64,000 nucleotides of DNA from Microbacteriaceae bacterium (lineage in GTDB: Bacteria; Actinomycetota; Actinomycetes; Actinomycetales; Microbacteriaceae): the NCBI GenBank assembly GCA_965657575.1, contig CBFHOK010000001.1, positions 68,559 through 132,558 of the forward strand, written 5' to 3'. The notes beneath the pieces are model-generated. The model was not told where the DNA came from, did not search any database, and saw only the letters and a program-made list of their open reading frames with translations. The position numbers and the translations under genes are program-made. Positions 57,439-64,000 of this stretch are shown piece by piece; positions within the stretch are counted from its first letter, which is position 1, and each line of letters begins with the position of its first letter.

Positions 57439-58494
57439 TTGAGCGATTACTACGAGGTTTTGGGCGTTAGTCAAAGCGCCACCACGGAAGAAATCAAAAA
57501 GGCCTATCGCAAATTAGCGCGCGAATTGCATCCAGATATCAACCCTGACCCCGAGGCCCAGGAGAGATTTAAGGCTGTCACCCATGCATACGAGGTATTG
57601 AGTGATCCGCAGGAAAGAGACAAATACGATCGCGGGGGAGATCAGGGTGTTGGCCTCGGAGACATATTCGAGACATTTTTTGGCGGCGGCCAGCGAGGTC
57701 CAAAGTCTCGTGCTCAACGAGGGCAAGATGCCCTGCTGCGGGTTGATCTGGACCTAAAGGAGGCAATATTCGGCGTCAGCAAAACAATGACCATCACGAC
57801 TGCAGTGCTTTGTCCGACATGTGAGGGGAGTTGTGCACAGCCGGGAACCAGCGTCCAGGTATGCGATATATGTCGAGGGAGCGGAAGCATTTCAAGACAG
57901 GTCCAGTCTTTCATGGGCACTGTTGTCACCTCCCAGCCCTGTGGTTCATGCCGTGGGACTGGAGAGGTTATTCCGCACCCGTGCCAAAAATGCAGGGCTC
58001 AAGGGAGAGTGCGTGAAAATCGAGAGCTAAACCTAGATATCCCCGCAGGAGTGCAGGACGGTATGCGATTGCACCTTGCTGGCGAGGGCGAGGTGGGTTT
58101 TGCGGGAGGGCCTTCGGGAGATCTTTATCTTGAAGTAAGCGTCAACCCCGACCCAATTTTTGCCAGAGACGGCGATGATTTGGTTGCGAGGTTAGAGGTT
58201 CCCTACGTTGACGCCATTTTGGGATCAGATATAGAACTTGAGAGCTTTGATGGCATTGAAACGATTGAGGTAAAACCTGGCATTCAAACTGGTGAAAAAA
58301 TCGTTATCAAAGGTAAGGGTGCAACCAAGTTGAGAGGTTCTGGCAGAGGAAATCTGGTGCTTGAGGCTCATGTGTCCGTCCCACAAAAACTTTCTAAAAA
58401 GGAAAAGCAGTTGGTTCAAGAGCTCAGAGGACTTAGCAAGGAATTCGCCGGCCTTCGGGAGCGAAGACAAGGATTCGGTTTCGGTCGCAAATGA
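57439..58494 (+). CDS. dnaJ: Molecular chaperone DnaJ (hrcA-linked copy)
   Basis: J domain (DYYEVLGV...HPD) and four CxxCxGxG-type repeats. TTG start. Confidence 0.92.
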   Translation: MSDYYEVLGVSQSATTEEIKKAYRKLARELHPDINPDPEAQERFKAVTHAYEVLSDPQERDKYDRGGDQGVGLGDIFETFFGGGQRGPKSRAQRGQDALLRVDLDLKEAIFGVSKTMTITTAVLCPTCEGSCAQPGTSVQVCDICRGSGSISRQVQSFMGTVVTSQPCGSCRGTGEVIPHPCQKCRAQGRVRENRELNLDIPAGVQDGMRLHLAGEGEVGFAGGPSGDLYLEVSVNPDPIFARDGDDLVARLEVPYVDAILGSDIELESFDGIETIEVKPGIQTGEKIVIKGKGATKLRGSGRGNLVLEAHVSVPQKLSKKEKQLVQELRGLSKEFAGLRERRQGFGFGRK

Positions 58495-59177
58495 TGCATC
58501 AGTTCTTTGTTGATTCACTATCGGTTGAGATTCCTGAATTGGGCGCCGAAGAGTATCAGCACGCAACAAAATCTTTGAGGATCAGAGACGGTGAGCAAAT
58601 AAGGCTCACGGACGGCAAAGGGAAACTTGCCATTGCTGAGTTTGGTGAGCCGCTAAAAATTATTGAGCTCTGGAGCGCCGAACCGGTTCAGCCAGTCATT
58701 CATGTCGTCCAAGCCCTCGCTAAAGGCGATAGAGACGAACTTGCAGTTCAAACTTCAACGGAGTTGGGGGCGGCTAAGTTCACTCCTTGGCAATCAGAGC
58801 GATCAATTATCCGTTGGGATGAGAAAAAAGCAGCCAAGGGGGTGGGCCGGTGGCAGTCAATTGCAAACGAGGCGACAAAACAGTCTCATCAAGCATGGGT
58901 GCCGCTTGTTACTTCCCTAGCAAGAAATACCGATTTTGCGATAACCGGGCAGCTAATCGTGCTCGACCCCGACGCTGAGCAATCGCTGACCTCGATGGCC
59001 ATTGAAAATGAAGTAACACTCGTGGTCGGACCAGAGGGCGGGATATCCGATAACGAGCTTCAAAATCTCGTTGCGCGTGGAGCTCAATTGGCCTCTTTGG
59101 GGAATAGTGTTTTTAGAACCTCCACGGCGGCTCCTGCAGCAATAGCGACCATCAGAACACTGCATGGCTGGGGTTAG
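58491..59177 (+). CDS. rsmE: 16S rRNA (uracil1498-N3)-methyltransferase
   Basis: [13 protein letters not shown] and [11 protein letters not shown] motifs. Confidence 0.85.
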   Translation: MMHQFFVDSLSVEIPELGAEEYQHATKSLRIRDGEQIRLTDGKGKLAIAEFGEPLKIIELWSAEPVQPVIHVVQALAKGDRDELAVQTSTELGAAKFTPWQSERSIIRWDEKKAAKGVGRWQSIANEATKQSHQAWVPLVTSLARNTDFAITGQLIVLDPDAEQSLTSMAIENEVTLVVGPEGGISDNELQNLVARGAQLASLGNSVFRTSTAAPAAIATIRTLHGWG

Positions 59178-59196
59178 TATTGAATCAGGAGGCAAA

Positions 59197-59517
59197 TTGA
59201 CCGATTGTATTTTTTGCAAAATCGTAGAAGGTGAAATTCCTAGCGATCGCGTTGGTGAGAACGATGGAGCTATTGCCTTTAGGGATATTAACCCAGAGGC
59301 AAACGTTCACATTCTTGTTGTTCCTAAAGTGCATTCGAAAAACATCGCGGAGCTTTCCAGAGATGAGCAATCGATGGGTTTTGTTATGAGCTTGATGCGC
59401 GAGGTCAGCGAAAATGAGACCAATGGTCATTTCAAGTTTTTGTTCAATACTGGCGAGGAAGCCGGCCAAACTGTTTTTCATGCCCATGGTCACATCTTGA
59501 GTCAGGGAGCTAGTTGA
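59197..59517 (+). CDS. HIT family protein
   Basis: CIFCKI..., and the histidine triad HAHGHIL. The start is set at TTG 59197, 5 nt after AGGAGG; the track ORF starts at 59164. Confidence 0.8.
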   Translation: MTDCIFCKIVEGEIPSDRVGENDGAIAFRDINPEANVHILVVPKVHSKNIAELSRDEQSMGFVMSLMREVSENETNGHFKFLFNTGEEAGQTVFHAHGHILSQGAS

Positions 59518-60446
59518 GCGAAGTAGTTTTTGAAACTAATCCCGCCTATATCGGGCAACTTGTTGGACCGAACGACTCTCACTTGCGTGAGTTGGAGTCT
59601 CAGTTTTCCGATCTAAACATTTTGCTCCGAGGATCAAGCTGGAGTGTCGCTGGGGATGAAAAACGAATTGACTCGCTGAGAAGAGTACTTTCGCAACTTG
59701 AGGAGATTGCCAGCAAAAGTGACAGCGTTTCCCGCCGAGATGTCTCCGAGCTTTCTCGGTTTTCCGAAAAGTCAACTGAGGGTTTTGCGGGCAAATTCAT
59801 AACAGCTGGTGAAAAAAGGATCAGGGCGAAGACCCCGGGCCAGATGCAGTATTTGAAAAACATAGATGAGAACACAGTGATTTTTGGTTTGGGGCCGGCC
59901 GGCACCGGAAAAACATATTTGGCTATGGCCAAGGCTGTTGAAGCATTGCTAAATAAAAAATGCAGCCGAATAATACTCACCAGACCAGCTGTTGAGGCGG
60001 GTGAGCGCCTTGGCTATTTGCCAGGGACACTATCGGAGAAAATAGATCCGTATCTCAGACCGCTATTTGACGCCCTGCAAGAAATGTTGCCGGCAGAGTC
60101 GTTGAGCAAGTTTTTGGAAAGCGGAGTCGTGGAAGTTGCCCCACTTGCATATATGCGCGGCCGGACCTTGAACGACGCTTTCATTATTCTCGATGAAGCT
60201 CAGAACACCACTAGCGAGCAAATGAAGATGTTCTTAACAAGGCTTGGCTTTAATTCAAAGATGATCATCACTGGTGACACCACCCAAGTTGATTTGCCTG
60301 GAGGCAAGAGTGGGCTGGCAGCTGCCGTTGAGATTCTAAGTAACGTCGAGGACCTAAATGTCTCCAGACTGTCAAGCAAGGACGTCGTCAGGCACGAGCT
60401 GGTGACTAGAATCGTCAACGCTTACGAGGGCCACAGTGAGCGTTGA
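59514..60446 (+). CDS. phoH: PhoH family ATPase
   Basis: Walker A GPAGTGKTYLA, ILDEAQN, ITGDTTQVDLP. Confidence 0.9.
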   Translation: MSEVVFETNPAYIGQLVGPNDSHLRELESQFSDLNILLRGSSWSVAGDEKRIDSLRRVLSQLEEIASKSDSVSRRDVSELSRFSEKSTEGFAGKFITAGEKRIRAKTPGQMQYLKNIDENTVIFGLGPAGTGKTYLAMAKAVEALLNKKCSRIILTRPAVEAGERLGYLPGTLSEKIDPYLRPLFDALQEMLPAESLSKFLESGVVEVAPLAYMRGRTLNDAFIILDEAQNTTSEQMKMFLTRLGFNSKMIITGDTTQVDLPGGKSGLAAAVEILSNVEDLNVSRLSSKDVVRHELVTRIVNAYEGHSER

Positions 60447-60885
60447 AATTAATAACGAATCAGACATCGAGGTCGACTCAGAGAGGCTTCTGTCGATGAT
60501 GGTTCATCACTTCGGTCACCTTAGGCTCAGCCCAAGAGCAGATCTATCAATACTTTTAATCAACGAACAACCGATGGAAGATCTCCACATCAAGTGGATG
60601 GATGAGCCTGGTCCTACCGATGTCCTGAGTTTCCCAATGGATGAATTGCGCCCTGGAAATACCGATGCTGAGGGTGTTTTAGGTGACATAGTTATTTGCC
60701 CTCAGGTTGCAAGGTTGCAGTCTGACGCTGCTGGCCATACCGAGTTCGAAGAGATCATGCTGTTAGCAACCCATGGCCTTCTGCATCTGTTGGGTTTTGA
60801 CCACTCTGAGCCCGAGGAAGAGGCTGAAATGTTCGGATTACAGCGCCAGCTTTTGGAATCTTTTGAAGCAGAGGAGCTCAGTTGA
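60436..60885 (+). CDS. ybeY: rRNA maturation RNase YbeY
   Basis: HGLLHLLGFDH zinc motif. Confidence 0.9.
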   Translation: MSVEINNESDIEVDSERLLSMMVHHFGHLRLSPRADLSILLINEQPMEDLHIKWMDEPGPTDVLSFPMDELRPGNTDAEGVLGDIVICPQVARLQSDAAGHTEFEEIMLLATHGLLHLLGFDHSEPEEEAEMFGLQRQLLESFEAEELS

Positions 60886-61949
60886 TTGCAATCACTGCAT
60901 TATTGCCCTTGATCATCGCGTTTTTTATGACTCTTGCAGAAGCTCAGCAAAGGGTAAGTGAGAAGATTCATGAGGGTGGTATTTACCTTCGAATGATGCT
61001 TTTTGCGGTTGCCGGTGCTTTATTGGCAATGGGTTTGACGGAGTTTATTGACCTATGGTCTGTTTTGGCCTCACTGGTAATTGTCAGTAGCGCACTGCTG
61101 GTTTCGCATGTGGTTGCCAGAAAAGCAGCCGCCAGTGGTTTTGCGGCCGGAGTGAATAACGCATTACAGCGAATTTATCTCGCTTGGGAAGAGATATTTA
61201 GACTGTTCAAACTTCCGGATGCCCCAGACCCGGAGGAGTTTGAAAAGGAGTTTCTGCAATCAATCGAAGATTTCGGGGAAACCGTTGTCAGGGAAGTCAT
61301 GGTTCCAAGAATTGACATCCGCACTATCGATGCCGAAGATACCCTGGAGGTGGCACTGAGTGCATTTGTATCAAGTGGCCATTCAAGACTTCCGGTGACA
61401 GGCGATGGACCAGATGACATCAGGGGAGTGTTGTTCTTAAAAGACATCGCCAAAACTGTTCTGGAAAATCCAGCGAAACTCCAGACAGAAAAGGCTGAAC
61501 CGAATTCAAGACAGGCAGTTTTTGTGCCCGAAAGTAAACCAGTTGTTGATTTGTTAGAACAGATGCAATCAACCCAAACCCAGCTGGCTCTGATTATTGA
61601 TGAGTATGGCGGAATTGCCGGGATGGTCACAATGGAGGACCTGATCGAAGAGCTAGTCGGAGAGATAAGTGACGAATACGACCGGGAACTGGATGAGATA
61701 ACGGGAATTGGTGAAAACCTTTACAGGGTCCATCCAAGGATGAACCTGAGTGCTTTTGGTGAGCACTTCGAAATTGAAATCGACGATGAGGATGTTGACA
61801 CAGTCAGTGGTTTGATTATCAAGCTTTTGGACCGGCTTCCCAGCGGAGGAGAGCGAGTCAGTGGTCACGGATTTGAGTTCGTGGCAGAGAGAGTTGACGT
61901 TAGGCGTGGAAGGCTAACTTCGATTTTGGTGAAAAAAATCGATGAGTAG
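60882..61949 (+). CDS. CBS-pair / CorC_HlyC domain membrane protein (hemolysin family) with a shorter than usual DUF21 region
   Basis: N-terminal TM helices, VREVMVPRIDI, a CBS pair, and a C-terminal transporter-associated domain. Confidence 0.8.
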   Translation: MIAITALLPLIIAFFMTLAEAQQRVSEKIHEGGIYLRMMLFAVAGALLAMGLTEFIDLWSVLASLVIVSSALLVSHVVARKAAASGFAAGVNNALQRIYLAWEEIFRLFKLPDAPDPEEFEKEFLQSIEDFGETVVREVMVPRIDIRTIDAEDTLEVALSAFVSSGHSRLPVTGDGPDDIRGVLFLKDIAKTVLENPAKLQTEKAEPNSRQAVFVPESKPVVDLLEQMQSTQTQLALIIDEYGGIAGMVTMEDLIEELVGEISDEYDRELDEITGIGENLYRVHPRMNLSAFGEHFEIEIDDEDVDTVSGLIIKLLDRLPSGGERVSGHGFEFVAERVDVRRGRLTSILVKKIDE

Positions 61950-62808
61950 AGCAGGCTTCATTTCCTTTGTTGGAAGACCCAATGCTGGGAAATCATCTCT
62001 AACAAATGCACTGGTTGGACAGAAAATCGCCATCACATCGGATAGGCCGCAGACAACCAGAAAAGCAATACGCGGAATCAGAAATTCAGATGCGGGTCAG
62101 CTGATAATTGTCGACACTCCAGGTTTACACAAACCCAGGACCCTTTTGGGCCAGAGGCTGAATGACTTGGTTGAGTCAGAGCTATCGGATATGGATGTCA
62201 TCGGTTTTTGCTCGCCTGCCAATGAAGATCTAGGACCGGGAGATAAAAGGATCATAGAACAGCTGGCCGCATACAAAAAACCCAAAAAGATTGCAATTCT
62301 CACCAAAACTGATTTGGTCGGAGGGGAGAGAATTGCCCAGCGGCTGATGGAGCTTGCAGACTCATTCGAGTGGGATGAGATCATTCCGGTTAGCGCTAAA
62401 GCCAATAGTCAAATAGAGCTTTTAGCTGACTTGGCTGTAACAATGATGCCCGAATCGGAGATGTTATACCCGTCAGAGACGGTCACAGAGCTCAGTGATG
62501 CGGATAGAGCCTGCGAAGAGGTGAGGGAATCAGCCTTGGGGTTTCTGCAAAATGAATTGCCCCACTCACTCGCGGTGACAATGGATGAGTGGAATGGAGA
62601 TGAAATGCACATCTCAATCCACGTTGAAAGAGACAGTCAAAAGGGAATCATTATCGGCAATAAGGGTGAGCGATTGAGTCAAATCAGACAGCGCTCGCAA
62701 CGCAACATAAGAAAAATTACAGGTAAGCCAACAAAGCTTAGGTTGCATGTAAAAGTTTCAAAAGACTGGCAACAGGATCCGAAGCTACTTGGTCGACTTG
62801 GGTTTTAG
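61942..62808 (+). CDS. era: GTPase Era
   Basis: GRPNAGKSSL, DTPG, TKTD, and a C-terminal KH domain. Confidence 0.93.
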   Translation: MSRAGFISFVGRPNAGKSSLTNALVGQKIAITSDRPQTTRKAIRGIRNSDAGQLIIVDTPGLHKPRTLLGQRLNDLVESELSDMDVIGFCSPANEDLGPGDKRIIEQLAAYKKPKKIAILTKTDLVGGERIAQRLMELADSFEWDEIIPVSAKANSQIELLADLAVTMMPESEMLYPSETVTELSDADRACEEVRESALGFLQNELPHSLAVTMDEWNGDEMHISIHVERDSQKGIIIGNKGERLSQIRQRSQRNIRKITGKPTKLRLHVKVSKDWQQDPKLLGRLGF

Positions 62809-62817
62809 TGCTAGCGT
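62789..62817 (+). promoter_or_regulatory. Possible promoter (-35 TTGGTC, 17 nt, -10 TAGCGT) giving a leaderless leu leader transcript
   Basis: The -10 TAGCGT fits the actinobacterial TANNNT pattern and ends 6 nt before the A of ATG 62824. The element lies inside the 3' end of era. Confidence 0.3.
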
Positions 62818-62823
62818 TGACAT

Positions 62824-62865
62824 ATGCTTTTCCAGCTTCTGCTTAGCGGCCGCGACGAGGCCTAA
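62824..62865 (+). CDS. Candidate 13-codon Leu-rich leader peptide upstream of leuA
   Basis: ATG CTT TTC CAG CTT CTG CTT AGC GGC CGC GAC GAG GCC TAA translates to MLFQLLLSGRDEA*. Four of the first seven codons are Leu. There is no SD sequence, but the promoter geometry fits leaderless translation. Confidence 0.45.
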   Translation: MLFQLLLSGRDEA

Positions 62866-62903
62866 TTTCTGGCCCAGCTCGTCGCGGAGGTTTTGGCCGC
62901 TAA
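62843..62903 (+). promoter_or_regulatory. Attenuator-like compound hairpin in the leuA 5' region
   Basis: In the upper stem, CCGCGACGAG (62850-62859) pairs with CTCGTCGCGG (62878-62887), followed by AGGTTTT. In the lower stem, TTAGCGGCC (62843-62851) pairs with GGCCGCTAA (62895-62903). The two stems share 62850-62851, so the full 10-bp upper stem and the lower stem cannot both form there. The 5' arms lie inside the leader ORF. Confidence 0.45.
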
Positions 62904-62911
62904 ATTTCTGA

Positions 62912-64000
<1,089 letters not shown>

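Noticed and set aside
62817-62822. Consensus TTGACA as a -35 element for leuA
   Set aside because: I found no acceptable -10 element at 16-19 nt (TGCTTA at best). A start from it would exclude the Leu-rich mini-ORF. I keep it as the main alternative that would refute the leader-peptide model.

Overview
This is a gene-dense 64-kb chromosomal core segment: about 60 protein genes, 3 tRNAs, and no rRNA, CRISPR array, transposase or integrase that I could see. It comes from an actinobacterium with roughly 50% G+C (judged by eye, not computed) and a visibly streamlined genome, with many 1-8 nt gene overlaps. The gene order parallels the Mycobacterium Rv2457c-Rv2478c neighbourhood and Micrococcales/Microbacteriaceae genomes; that taxonomic placement is inference.

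Content from left to right:
- putA (partial), trxA, msrA, an SSB paralog, ettA, tesB and glbO
- an MscS-family channel, pepN, rpiB, nei, tRNA-Gly and tRNA-Pro
- tig-clpP1-clpP2-clpX, valS, ileS, folC-DUF4233-ndk and VKOR
- rne-rplU-rpmA-obg-proB-proA-nadD-rsfS and tRNA-Ala
- an accessory stretch at about 36.7-44.5 kb: a VOC protein, a ring-cleaving dioxygenase, an esterase, BI-1, dnaE2, SRAP and DedA
- pabC-like/pabB, leuS, comEA-comEC-holA, rpsT, lepA-hemW and hrcA-dnaJ
- rsmE-HIT-phoH-ybeY-CBS-era and leuA (partial)

The most interesting locus is at 42.8-43.15 kb. A perfect actinobacterial LexA box (TCGAACATTTGTTCGA) and a good promoter precede an uncharacterised 94-aa Trp/Arg-rich ORF. That ORF overlaps, and is apparently translationally coupled to, the error-prone polymerase gene dnaE2. 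No imuA or imuB lies in cis, and an SRAP (abasic-site protease) gene sits immediately upstream.

Other observations worth a second look:
- a probably leaderless Leu-rich leader peptide plus hairpin upstream of leuA
- a 58-aa membrane ORF with a strong RBS that is missing from the ORF track
- a leaderless 77-aa Cys-containing ORF
- a CIRCE element and a ClgR-like operator
- ileS without a T-box
- five convergent gene pairs whose stop codons overlap

The rest of the window looks like ordinary housekeeping sequence.
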